Under the pieces are notes generated by a model that ran no database searches, was not told the origin of the DNA, and worked only from the letters and a program-made list of their open reading frames with translations. A stretch of DNA of 64,000 bases. Origin: an uncultured Actinomycetes bacterium. GTDB lineage: Bacteria; Actinomycetota; Acidimicrobiia; IMCC26256; PALSA-610. The first letter of the stretch is position 1. The number at the start of each line of letters is the position of its first letter. This document shows, in pieces, positions 51,939-61,979 of the stretch. The position numbers were made by a program, and so were the translations under genes. Where the stretch lies: assembly GCA_963841195.1 (NCBI GenBank), contig CAWJBX010000009.1:94998-158997 (forward strand). The letters are read 5' to 3'.

Positions 51939-53405
51939 CTACGCGCTGTGGGTGCGCACCGCCTTGCGCCGCCGCGACCCGATGAGGAGCGCGCCACCGG
52001 CGAGCAAGCTGATCAACGCGAACGGCACCGCGCCGCCGCCACCTCCGGTGAACGGCAGCGTTCCGTGGGCCACCGTGGTGGTCGAGCCGTTGGCGACGAT
52101 CGTCGACGTCGTTGCGACCGTCGAACCGGCCTCGGTGATCGTCGTCGTCGACTGCGGGATCGTGCTGGTCTCGTTTGCAGTCGTCGTCGACGTGACCGGG
52201 ATCGTCGTGGTCGACGTCGAGCCGGCCTCGGTGATCGTTGTCGTCGACTGCGGCATCGAGGTGCTCGTCGAAGTCGACGTGGTGCTCGAGTCGTTCGCAG
52301 TGGTTGTCGACGTGACCGGGATCGTCGTGGTCGATGACGTGACCGGGATCGTCGAAGTCGAAGTCGAAGACGTCGAAGTCGACGACGTGCTCGAGCTCGT
52401 GCTGCTGGACGAGGTCGAGGAGGACGAAGACGAACTCGACGACGAGTTGTTGCCGAACGTCGTCGACGTGGTCGTGGTCTCCTGCGGGCTGCTCACTTCG
52501 ACCGAGTGCTCGAGGTCGATGTGCTCGCCCCAGAGGTGACCGAGGATCGATGACGAACCCGAACCGCCCGAGCCGTAGTGGATACCCGTCGTCGGAGTGA
52601 CGATGTCGCCGACCCACGGGCCGGTGTCGACTTCGAAGCCATTCGTGTCACTCGGCGCCGGAATACCGGCAACTTCGGTGTACACGTCGCTCGGCACGTA
52701 GCCGGCCTGGTTGGTCGAAGTGATCTTGCCGAGCTCGACCTTGGCGCACACGAACAGGCGCATGCCCTTCGTGAAGTTGATGGTGACGCCACTGCCGAAG
52801 TCGATGTTGTCGACGTAGTAGTCGCCGGCGCCGTTGAAGTTCAGCGTCGACGTGCCACCGGCCTTGATGTCGCCCCAGTTACCCGGCGTCAAGGTGATCG
52901 TCGAGCTGTTGCCGTCGATGATGTCCGGCGTGTGGTTCGTCGCGCAGTACTGCGCCGCGTTCGGCCACTCCGTCGGGATGGGACCGCTCGGCAAGTCGAC
53001 GGCGGCCGCGTTGGCCACGTGATTGATCGTGCCGATCGTCGACGTGGCTTGCTTCGTCAACGTGCCCGCGTACGTGACCGTGCCGCTGATCCCCGTTTGG
53101 TTCTGCAAGTCAACGTCTTGCACGATGCGCGCGTCGCCGACGATGTGCGCGCCACCCGAGAGGTGCAACGCCTCACTCGGGTTCGGCGCCGGTGCGACGC
53201 GGTTGTTGACCGAACCGACGAGCCCGGTGACCGTGCTCTCGAATCCGATGTGCACGCTGTTCGTGCCGAACACTTCGTATTGGTCGTAGGTCGTCGTTGC
53301 CGACGCCGAACCGACCGTCACCGCGATCGTCGCCGCTGCAATCAACCCGCAGACCGCAAATGCGGCTACCGCGTTCCTACGTACACGGCCTCGTTGCCGT
53401 CCCAC
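51939..53405 (-). CDS. LPXTG (LPFTG) cell-wall-anchored Ser/Thr-rich surface protein, family A (about 280-aa beta-rich N-domain)
   Basis: GTG start after AAAGGGG; signal peptide; domain VFGTNSVHIGFESTVTGLVG...GAHIVGDARIV...; long TS linker; LPFTGGGGG plus hydrophobic stretch plus SRRRK. Confidence 0.7.
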   Translation of the reverse strand: MGRQRGRVRRNAVAAFAVCGLIAAATIAVTVGSASATTTYDQYEVFGTNSVHIGFESTVTGLVGSVNNRVAPAPNPSEALHLSGGAHIVGDARIVQDVDLQNQTGISGTVTYAGTLTKQATSTIGTINHVANAAAVDLPSGPIPTEWPNAAQYCATNHTPDIIDGNSSTITLTPGNWGDIKAGGTSTLNFNGAGDYYVDNIDFGSGVTINFTKGMRLFVCAKVELGKITSTNQAGYVPSDVYTEVAGIPAPSDTNGFEVDTGPWVGDIVTPTTGIHYGSGGSGSSSILGHLWGEHIDLEHSVEVSSPQETTTTSTTFGNNSSSSSSSSSSTSSSSTSSSTSSTSTSSTSTSTIPVTSSTTTIPVTSTTTANDSSTTSTSTSTSMPQSTTTITEAGSTSTTTIPVTSTTTANETSTIPQSTTTITEAGSTVATTSTIVANGSTTTVAHGTLPFTGGGGGAVPFALISLLAGGALLIGSRRRKAVRTHSA

Positions 53406-53554
53406 AGCTCTCGCCCCTTTGTCATCCCGACGCGCCGAAGCGCTCTCCCGGCCGGTTCAACGTGCACGGCCCGAGGTTCGTTGACGCTGTAAGCGAGCTG
53501 ACCCAAGAAATGGGTCGTTCGGCCTGGTCAGGCCGGACGCTCAGGTGACGCGGG

Positions 53555-54371
53555 TCACGTAATGGTGATCTGCACGCTGGTTCCGTAGATGTCCAGCGTG
53601 TACAGCCCGGGGTCGAGGAAGCCGGCGCCCGTGCGCATGCGGATGACCTCGTTGTAGGTGATGGTCGCGCCCGGGGCGATGGTGCTCACGACCTGGCCTT
53701 CCGACGCGTCCCAGTCGGGCGCGATCTCGCCCGCGCCGACGACCTTCACGCGCCGGCACGCTTGGGCGCACTCTTTGAAGTCGATCGTTTGCGTGGTGGT
53801 CGTGTTGTTCATCACGGTCACGGTGACCGTGATGAACGCGTTCGTGGCCGACGCCGACGACGTGGGGTTGGCGGTCGCATTCCAGATCACACCGGTCGGA
53901 GCCTGCGTCGTTCCGCCGTCACCGCCGCTGTTCGGCACCGTGCCGTTCGTTGTGCCGCCGACCGGATCCGGGTTCGCCAGCGGGTTCCCTGAAGGGTCGC
54001 CGCCGTTGCTTGCTGGTGTCGTGCCGGGCGTGGCGTTGGTCATGCCCGCCGTTGCTGCCACCACCGTTCGCGTGCGACGAACCGTTGCCACCCTGCTTCG
54101 GTTGCGCGGTGGTCGGACTCACCGAGGTCGCGGGGCCGTGGCCCGGCGCGGGGTTCGGTCCGTTCGCGTGGTCGGCCGCCGCGTTCTGGATGCGCACGGT
54201 TTGCTCGGTCCGGAAGTAGCGGTTCGCCGTCACGGCGGCACCGAACAGCAATACTGCGCACGTCGTCGTGGCGCCGATGCGGCGCACCGTCCGCCGTTTG
54301 GCTTCCCGCATGACGCCTTCGACGCTCGGCCGCAGCTGCACGGGTTCGTGATCATCGAATTGTTCGAACAT
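53555..54371 (-). pseudogene. Putative anti-sigma factor (one TM helix, N/T/G-rich linker, C-terminal extracytoplasmic domain); one frameshift near 54060
   Basis: Start overlaps the sigma-factor stop; TM helix IGATTTCAVLLFGAAVTA; no family motif recognised. Confidence 0.45.
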
Positions 54372-54937
54372 CACGCCTCCCTGCTTCCGCCGAGCGCGGC
54401 CCGCAAGGCCGCCAGGCCTCGCGACGCGTGGGTCTTCACGGTGCCGGTCGAGCACCGCAACTGACGGGCGACCTCGAGTTCGGGGAGGTCAGCCACATAA
54501 CGCAGGAGGACCACTTCGCGTTGACGTTGCGGCAAGGTTTCGAGGGCGCGGTGCAGGTCGACGCGGTCGGCCGCGATCGGATCGCTGGTGCGCGGCGACG
54601 TCTGCAGGTACCGCAGCGCCGACCGCCGGCGCCGCCACCGATCGAGCGACAGGTTCGTGGTGACGTGTGCGGTCCAGGCCTCGGCGTAACCGCCGTCGGT
54701 GAGGCGCCGCCAACGCTGGCATGCCCGGATGCACGCTTCTTGCGCGATGTCTTCGGCGTCTTCGCGGTCGCCCAACAACCGGAACGCGATGCGATACGCG
54801 TTGCGGTACAGCGTCGGGTACGCGTCGACGAACTCTTCTTTGGAAAGCGTGACCGCGGGCGCGACCGCGCTGAGAAGCGGCACGTCGACGGAAACCGCGC
54901 GGGGACCCGGTGCCACCGAGAGCTCCCGTTTGCGCAT
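54371..54937 (-). CDS. ECF-type RNA polymerase sigma-70 factor
   Basis: Region 2 (YRNAYRIAFRLLGDREDAEDIAQEACIRA) and region 4 (LETLPQRQREVVLLRYVADLPELEVARQLRCSTGTVKTHASRGLAALR). ATG 54937 has RBS AGGGTGG. Confidence 0.8.
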   Translation of the reverse strand: MRKRELSVAPGPRAVSVDVPLLSAVAPAVTLSKEEFVDAYPTLYRNAYRIAFRLLGDREDAEDIAQEACIRACQRWRRLTDGGYAEAWTAHVTTNLSLDRWRRRRSALRYLQTSPRTSDPIAADRVDLHRALETLPQRQREVVLLRYVADLPELEVARQLRCSTGTVKTHASRGLAALRAALGGSREA

Positions 54938-55384
54938 CCGTCGCGCCACCCTGTGCCCTTTTCGCGGTCTCGTTGCTTGCGTGCTCAGCGCGGTTTCCCC
55001 TCCGGCAGGAGGCGGCACCGCCTCCCGTTACGTGTGCGTGTTCGGGCGTGGCCGCCCGAGTGCCGGAATCCCGCTCGCGAGGAGACAGCTCCGGCCCAAC
55101 CCAATTTCGGCGGACAGGCCCGATGGCGTGAAGGGCAACGTCGCGCGATGTGACAGAACTGCTGTTCTGGACGTGGTCGCCGCAATGGCGAACGCCGAGC
55201 CCCAACGGGCCCGGAATCTCTCGGTACGCACAGCTCTCCCCTGGGCAGCTCCGCCCGGGGGCGGGGCTGCAAGGCCCCTTCGTGGCACACGTCCCACGTC
55301 GTGCCGTCTGTGATGATAACTGCACTTCGCGCGAATTGAAACCTGGCCACCCGGCCCTTGACTACGAAACGTGGCCGAATTCGG

Positions 55385-55414
55385 GCACAAGAAAGGCCGG
55401 GCCCGAAAGCCCGG
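55385..55414 (-). terminator. Hairpin plus T-rich tract after the family-A gene ending in ETTFTF
   Basis: Minus strand: CCGGGC-tttcgg-GCCCGG followed by CCTTTCTTG. Confidence 0.45.
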
Positions 55415-55442
55415 TCTCCCGCCCCTCTGCCCCCCGATTTGG

Positions 55443-56513
55443 TCAGAACGTAAAGGTTGTTTCCTCGGTTGTCGTGGTCGTCGAGGTCGACGTGCTCGTG
55501 CTCGTGCTCGTGGACGTCGAGGTCGAAGTCGACGTGCTCGTGCTACTCGTCGTCGTTGTCGTCGACGGCGGCGACGTCGCGTTCACGTGCACGCTGTGTT
55601 CGAGGTCGACGTGTTCGGCCCACAAGTAGCCGTTGATGTTCGCGTTGCCCGAACTTCCCGATCCGTAGTGGATACCACTCGTCGGTGCGACGATGGTGCC
55701 GACGAACGGTCCGTCGGAGACTTCGAAGCCGTTCGTGTCGGCCGGCTTCGGAATGCCGGCGATCTCGACGTACACGTCTTTCGGCTGCAGGTTCGTGGGC
55801 GACAACTTCGAGATCGCGCCGAACTGCAACTTGTTGCACACGAAGATCTTCACGCCCGGAGTGAGCGTCAGTTGCAGCCCACCGGTCTTGATGTCGCCGG
55901 CGAAGAAGTAACTGCCCGCACCGTTGAACACGAGCTTGGTGTTCGTTCCGGCGTGAACAAAGCCATATTGCCCGGGCGTTACCGTGATCGTCGTGCCGCT
56001 GTTACGCGAGAAACTCGTGTGCGTGTTGATGCTCGACTGCGTACAGAACGACGCCGGGCTCGGCGACGCCGGCCACTGTGACGGGATCGACGTCGGCAGT
56101 TGGGGGTTGCCGACGACCGCAGCGCCACGGGACGACGTCGAAGAAAACGTGTGCGCACCGCTGTACGTCAATGTGCCGGTGATCTTCGTTTTGTTGTTCA
56201 TGCTGACCGCGCCCGGCCCGACGCGCGCGTCACCGATGATTTGCGCACCACCGTCCATCTTCAACGCGGTGCTTGTGTTCGGAAGCGGTGCCTTGCGGTC
56301 GTTCGCACCACCGACGAGACCGGTGACCACGCTCTCGTAACCGATGTGCGAGCTGTTCAGACCGAACACCGTGAACTGACTGATGTCCAGTGGCTGCGGA
56401 ACCGCCCCCGCTGGATGCATTGCGATAAGTGTCATCAAGCCCGACGTCGCAACTGTGGCTGCGACCGCGGTCGCAACCAGAGCGCGGCGAACAAGCCCGC
56501 GTTGCCGTTCCAT
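55443..56513 (-). CDS. Secreted Ser/Thr-rich protein, family A paralog, no LPXTG; ends ...TTTTEETTFTF*
   Basis: Signal peptide; N-domain paralogous to 51939..53405 (FGLNSSHIGYESVVTGLVGG...GAQIIGDARVG...); TS repeat; stop directly followed by a terminator hairpin. Confidence 0.7.
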   Translation of the reverse strand: MERQRGLVRRALVATAVAATVATSGLMTLIAMHPAGAVPQPLDISQFTVFGLNSSHIGYESVVTGLVGGANDRKAPLPNTSTALKMDGGAQIIGDARVGPGAVSMNNKTKITGTLTYSGAHTFSSTSSRGAAVVGNPQLPTSIPSQWPASPSPASFCTQSSINTHTSFSRNSGTTITVTPGQYGFVHAGTNTKLVFNGAGSYFFAGDIKTGGLQLTLTPGVKIFVCNKLQFGAISKLSPTNLQPKDVYVEIAGIPKPADTNGFEVSDGPFVGTIVAPTSGIHYGSGSSGNANINGYLWAEHVDLEHSVHVNATSPPSTTTTTSSTSTSTSTSTSTSTSTSTSTSTTTTTEETTFTF

Positions 56514-56702
56514 GAGCCTTGCGTCCTCCCTGTGAGATCAGGGCGGAACGACGAAGAACGCGGCGGTCAAGCAGCCGCTTCAGGATGCGCCGTGATTGAC
56601 CACGCGCGCGAGCCATGCTTTTTCGCCCCTCTGCCCCATGCACAGCACCCGCAGGTTGCCAGATTTGCCCTAATGAGTCAAACGGGATGTTCCCAGCGAA
56701 AC

Positions 56703-56727
56703 GGGCCGTCCCGGTCCGGGACGGCCC
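56703..56727 (-). terminator. Hairpin after the family-B gene ending in ETTFTF
   Basis: GGGCCGTCCCGG-acc-GGGACGGCCC immediately after the stop. Confidence 0.4.
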
Positions 56728-56737
56728 GCGGCCCTGG

Positions 56738-57388
56738 TCAGAAGGTGAAAGTGGTTTCGTCGGTCGTCGTCGTGGTCGATGTCGGCGCCGTCGAAGTGCT
56801 CGTCGAGCTGGACGTACTCGACGTGCTCGAACTCGACGTGCTTGTCGACGTCGAACTCGATGTCGACGTACTCGACGAGGTGGTCGTCTTGGGCGCCTTC
56901 GTCGTGGTCGTCCGCGGCGGCTTCGTCGTCGGAGGCGTTCCGTTCGGACTGCAGTTGCAGTACTCGTCGGTTTTCATCGCCGTCGGCACACCGTTCACGA
57001 CCACCGTGTAGAACACGTAGTACTTGTGGTCGGTCGGAATGTTCGACTTCCACGGCCACGTCGAGGGTGCCGTCCACGTCGTGTCGCCCGGCGGCAAGTT
57101 CATCGCCGCTGACACCAAGCCGTTCTTCGGAATGAAGTAGCGGTCGGCGATGACGACGTTGGTCAACGTCGTGCCCGTCAGGTTGTGAATGACGAACACC
57201 GGCGCGTACTTCTGCTTCGGGTCCGACTTACACAACTTTTCGAGCGTCACGTACTGCCGCCCCGGCGCCGACGCCTGGGCGAAGTTCGTGATCGCGACGA
57301 GCGCGGTGCCGATCAACGCGAGACCGGCAACGGCCGACAGCACACGACGCCGGCGAAGACCGGCGCGACGAAATTGCTTGAGTTCCAC
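56738..57388 (-). CDS. Secreted Ser/Thr-rich protein, family B paralog, no LPXTG; ends ...TTTDETTFTF*
   Basis: GTG after GGGGGG; signal peptide; KLC...CNC N-domain paralogous to 50876..51793; TS-rich tail. Confidence 0.65.
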   Translation of the reverse strand: MELKQFRRAGLRRRRVLSAVAGLALIGTALVAITNFAQASAPGRQYVTLEKLCKSDPKQKYAPVFVIHNLTGTTLTNVVIADRYFIPKNGLVSAAMNLPPGDTTWTAPSTWPWKSNIPTDHKYYVFYTVVVNGVPTAMKTDEYCNCSPNGTPPTTKPPRTTTTKAPKTTTSSSTSTSSSTSTSTSSSSTSSTSSSTSTSTAPTSTTTTTDETTFTF

Positions 57389-57513
57389 GAGTCTGCCCCC
57401 CACTCACTGCCCCTCGACTCGGTCCCGACATTTTGTGCGCAGCTGCACACTCTTCGCAAGTCGGGCGATCCGGGCACCGGCGTGACGCCGGGGTTCGGCG
57501 CGACAATCCGGGA

Positions 57514-58634
57514 ATGACCACAACGATCGGCCCGTGCATCTCGGCTGATTCGCACGTCACGGAACCGCCCGGCACGTACTCGATCGGATCGATCCCAAGT
57601 ACCGGGACCGGGCCCCGCGCATGCACTACCACGACGATGCTCGGCGACGTGATGCTCATCGACAACGGCAAGAGCCTCGTGCCGTTCTGGCTCGTCGCGG
57701 CCGCGGGCCGACCGACCGAAGAGGTTCGCCTCGACAGCCACAAGCGCTTCGACGACCTGTGGCGCGGCGGTTGGGATCCGGTCGCGCGCCTCGCCGACCA
57801 GGACACCGACGGTGTCGTCGCCGAAGTCATCTATCCGTCGGTCGGCATGTTGCTCTGCAACCATCCCGACGTCGACTACCAGCGCGCGTGCTTCAACGCG
57901 TACAACCTCTGGATCGCGGAGTTCTGCGCGACCGCGCCCGACCGTCTGATCGGCCTCGGGCAGACCGCGCTCGTCACGCCCGAGGACGGCATTCGCGACC
58001 TCGAGGAGATGAAGTCGCTCGGACTGCGGGCGTGATGTTGCCCGGCATCCCGCCCGAGAAGGATTACGACGATCCCGATGTACGACGAGATGTGGGACGC
58101 GATCATCGATCTCGAGCTACCGCCGTCGTTCCACATCCTCACGAGCCGCAGCGACACGCCCGTCGCCGACCACGTTCGCGGTCCGAAGCTCAACAGCTTC
58201 ATGACGCATCGTGCGCGGCAACCAGGACATCATCGGCACGCTGATCTTCGGCGCGGTGTTCGAACGTCATCCGGATTTGCGCGTCGTGTGCGTCGAGGCC
58301 GACGCGGGATGGGCGCCGCACTGGATGTACCGCGCCGATCATGGTTACGACCGGCATCGCAACTGGCTCACGGCGGGGGAGTTGACGCGCCGGCCGAGCG
58401 AATGGTTCGCCGACAACGTGTATCTGACGTTCCAGGACGACTGGGTCGCGTTCCGCATGGCGAACCTCATGAACATCGAACGGCTCATGTGGGCCAACGA
58501 CTTCCCGCACAGCGACGCCACGTGGCCGAACAGCCAGGCGCTGTTGGCCGAACATGCGCGGCAGCTCGACGAGCACTCGCGGCAGCCGCATCCTCCACGA
58601 CAACGTCGCCGAGCTTTACAAACTCACCGTGTAA
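57514..58634 (+). pseudogene. Amidohydrolase-2 (ACMSD/metal-dependent hydrolase) family protein, at least 3 frameshifts
   Basis: MTTTIGPCISADSHVTEPPGTY / GDVMLIDNGKSLVPFWLVAAAG...VIYPSVGMLLCN.. / MYDEMWDAIIDLELPPSFHILTSR / IIGTLIFGAVFERHPDLRVVCVEADAGWAPHWMYRADHGYDRH...MWANDFPHSD... / ...ILHDNVAELYKLTV*. Confidence 0.7.
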
Positions 58635-58679
58635 TCCCGATGCGTCGTTCAACCCGGCTGAGGCGGGTTCAGCGACGCA

Positions 58680-59315
58680 TCAGAGGAGGGCGGCGTGGCG
58701 GCGCGCCGCGAGGTTCAAGAGGATGTACCGCAAGATGCGGTCGCGTTCGGCTTCGCGGATCAACACGAATTCGATCCGCGTCATGATCTTGCCGATGCTG
58801 GGCAGCACTTCGCGCGGCAGCACGCGTCCGACGACAACGATCGGGCCGTCGTCGTCGAGCGCGAACGAAATGACGATCGTCATCCCGCCGGTGAGCGGGT
58901 AATCCGAAACGACTGCGCACCCACCACCACCGAGGTCGCGCACCTCGGCCTCGAACGGGTACCAGGCTTGGGTCGCGGCATCGAGCACCGTGCAGCTCGC
59001 CGGCACCGGACTGAACACACGCGCGTACGCGCGCCGCTGCACCGGCGTCGTCAGATTCGGTTCCGACACGACGAGCCGCGTCGTCCCGACGCGCACAACC
59101 GGGACGTGGATGAGATACACGCTGAAGCGGTCCAGCGACGTGATCTGCACCTCTTCGATGGCTTTCCACTCGCGCGGAAGCATCTCGTCGTCGGGCGTCG
59201 CCAGCGTGATCTGTCCGTCTTGCACGAGGTCGACCACCATGCGCCACGGCGGCTCGTCGGGCGTCGCCGCAACCAGCACCGAATGGCCGATTTCGAGAAG
59301 CGGGACGCTCTTCAT
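58680..59315 (-). CDS. PilZ-domain protein (YcgR-like N-domain plus PilZ)
   Basis: RRAYARV (RxxxR) and DLGGGG (D/NxSxGG-like) motifs; intact 211 aa. Confidence 0.65.
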   Translation of the reverse strand: MKSVPLLEIGHSVLVAATPDEPPWRMVVDLVQDGQITLATPDDEMLPREWKAIEEVQITSLDRFSVYLIHVPVVRVGTTRLVVSEPNLTTPVQRRAYARVFSPVPASCTVLDAATQAWYPFEAEVRDLGGGGCAVVSDYPLTGGMTIVISFALDDDGPIVVVGRVLPREVLPSIGKIMTRIEFVLIREAERDRILRYILLNLAARRHAALL

Positions 59316-59459
59316 GCGTTATGTATCGGAGTTTTGGTCCGTTGATGTGACTTCAGACCGAGTGACGTTCGTCGCAGACTCACCGGACTCCGGGGTAAAC
59401 TTCTCCGGTTCCGGAGAGTTCCGGAGGTCGATTCCGATGGCTGACCCGCCCAGTTCCTC

Positions 59460-60717
59460 ATGCCCCGTCTTCCACGTCGTGTCGGCGCGCGCTTCGTCGC
59501 GTTCGTCCGCGCGGACATCTCCGGAGTCCGCGCGGGCTTCGTCGCGCTCCTGATCTCCTCGGGTGGCGATCTCGTCACCGGCGTCACCTTCGCCATCATC
59601 AGCAACACCCTCGACCTGCTTCCCGGCCTGCGTCGTCCTGGTCCCGGCCGCGATCGGCATGCGGGGCAACGTGTTCGGAGCGCTCGGCAGCCGGCTCGGT
59701 ACGCAGATCCACACCGGCACGTTCCGGTTCTCGCGCCGCATCGACACGCTAGGTCGGTCAGAACATGTCGGCATCGATCCTGTCGTCGCTTTCGATCTCC
59801 GCCGCTGCTCGCGGTGCTGGCGAAGGTGATGTGCGGATGCCTTCCGCCTCCACAGACGTCGATCTCGATCGGCGACTTCATGGTCATCTCGGTGATCGGC
59901 GCGATCCTCTCGTCGGTCGTCGTGCTCGTGCTGACCGTCGGCGTCGCCGCGTTCTGCGCGCACCGCGACCTCGACCTCGACAATGTGGCCGCACCGATCG
60001 TCACGGCCGCGGGCGACATGGTGACGCTGCCGAGCCTGTTCCTCGCCACGTACCTGCTCGGCATTCCACTTCTCACGCCCGTGCTCGCGATCGCGTGTGC
60101 GGCGATCGGTATCGGCGCGGCGGTCGTCGGTATCGGCGTGCAAGGCCTTCCGATCATGCGGCGCATCATCATCGAGTCGCTGCCGATCCTTGTTGCTCGC
60201 GGGCGTCGTCGACATTTTCGCCGGCATCACGATTCAGCAACGGCTTCAAGTCGTTCCTCAAGTATCCGGCGCTGCTCGTGCTCGTGCCCGCGTTCCTCGA
60301 GGACTCCGGTTCGCTCGGCGCGATCCTGTCGGCGCGCGTCTCGACGAAGCTGCACCTCGGCACGCTCGGCGAGGAGGGCCGCTCGTCGTGGCGGCGGCGT
60401 CACTGAACGACGTGATGCTCGTGTACCTGTACGCGATCCCCGTGTTCGTGTTCTTCGGGCTGACGTCGACGGTCGTCGGCCGACGTCGCTCGAACAAGGC
60501 GAGCCCCGGGCATCCTCGACATGCTCGGCGTCAGCCTGATCGCCGGGCTTCTTGGCCACGACGTCTTCGGTCGTGGTCGGGCTTCTACTCCGCCGTCGCG
60601 ACCTACCGGTTCGGGCTCGACCCCGACAATCACGGTATTCCCCTGGTCACGTCGAGCCTCGATCTGCTGGGTGCGCTGTCGCTTATCCTGGCGATCGTGA
60701 TCCTCGGGCTCGCCTGA
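59460..60717 (+). pseudogene. MgtE-family divalent-cation transporter membrane domain (two MgtE TM repeats, no N-terminal regulatory domain), frameshifted
   Basis: [27 protein letters not shown] and DNVAAPIVTAAGDMVTLPSLF segments in different frames; C-terminal hydrophobic repeat. Confidence 0.55.
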
Positions 60718-60745
60718 GCGGACCCGCGAGGAGCCACTTCCAACA

Positions 60746-61978
60746 ATGGACGAACGACCACGAAATCTGAAGGCCATGTTCTCGGAGGCGAAAGACACCT
60801 CCGAGCTCATGGTCGATCTCGGCTACGCCGCAATCTTCTTCGGCGACGACGCGCATGGCCGACGAGGTGCACGAGCTCGAGGAACGTACTCACCGAGCTC
60901 GTGCACGAGATGCGCGAGGTGTGCGTGCTCGCGGTCGCAACGAAGCGCGACGCCGAGCAGATGTCGAGCGTGCTGCACGTGGTGTCGGCGATCGAACGGA
61001 TGGGGAACGCGGCGGTCGACATTTCGCGTGTCGTCACGCACCGCCTCGGCATCCCGGCCGTCGCTCGTCGCCGACCTCGGCGGGGCCGAAGAGGTGTCGC
61101 ACCGCGTGCGCGTGCGGCCCGAGTCGCAGCTCGCGAACCGGTCGCTCGACGACGTCGAGCTTGCCGATGAAGGTCGGCATGCGCGTCGTGGCGATCCGGC
61201 GCGGCCGCGAATGGCTCATCGACCCCGACGGCGACGAGCATTCTGCTGCCCGACGACGTGCTGATCTTGCGCGGCGCCCGCGAAGGCATCGACGAGGTGC
61301 GCGAGCTCGCGGGCGCGCCGGTGTGGCGGCCCGCGGGCGTCGAAGAAGACCCGGCAATCTCCGACCTCGACCGTGCGGTCGACGTGCTCGTCGAGATGAA
61401 GAACGTGTCGGAAGCGGCGGTCGGTCTCGCCTACAGCGCGCTGCTCCTGAACGACCAGGGCCTCGCCGCGCAGGTGACGCAGCTCGAGGACCGCCTCGAC
61501 GAGATGCGCGAGCAGCTCGAGCTCTGGGTGTTGCGCGCGAGCGCCGAGACGGTCGATCCGTCGGGGCTGCGCGGCTTGCTGCATCTCGGCGCAGCGTCGG
61601 AAGAAGTCGGCGACGCCGCGCAACAACTCGTGTGGCTGGTCGAACAGGAAGAAGAGATGCACCCGGTGCTCGCGGTCGCGCTCGGTGAAGCCGACGAGGT
61701 GTTCGTGCAGTATCCGATCGCGCCGGGCAGCGCGCTCGACGGCTTCGTCGTCGCTGGCACACAGATCGGCGACGACACCGGCTTTCACCTGCTCGCGATT
61801 CACCGCGATGGCCGCTACTTCTACCGCCCGCGTCGCATCACGTTGGCGTCGGGCGACGAGATCCTCGCGACCGGGCCGTGGGAAGGTCGCGCCGAACTCG
61901 GCGCAGCAGTGTGGTTTCCGGCTCATCGAAGACGACGACACCGGCGCCGTCGAACTGGTTCCCGCCGACGCCAAGTAA
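60746..61978 (+). pseudogene. Regulatory protein with two PhoU-like/TrkA-C (RCK_C) domain pairs, frameshifted
   Basis: Two repeats of a helical domain plus TrkA-C-like domains (RVRPESQLANRSLDDVEL..MRVVAIRRGREWLIDPDGDE; VQYPIAPGSALDGFVVAGTQIGDDTGFHLLAIHRDGRYFYRPRRITLASGDEIL). Confidence 0.5.
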
Positions 61979-61979
61979 G

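Noticed and set aside
54985-55442. Small ORFs in the 500-bp gap upstream of the sigma gene
   Set aside because: No RBS or motifs, low-complexity products; the region is more plausibly regulatory (hairpins, GAAC-N4-GTTC palindrome).
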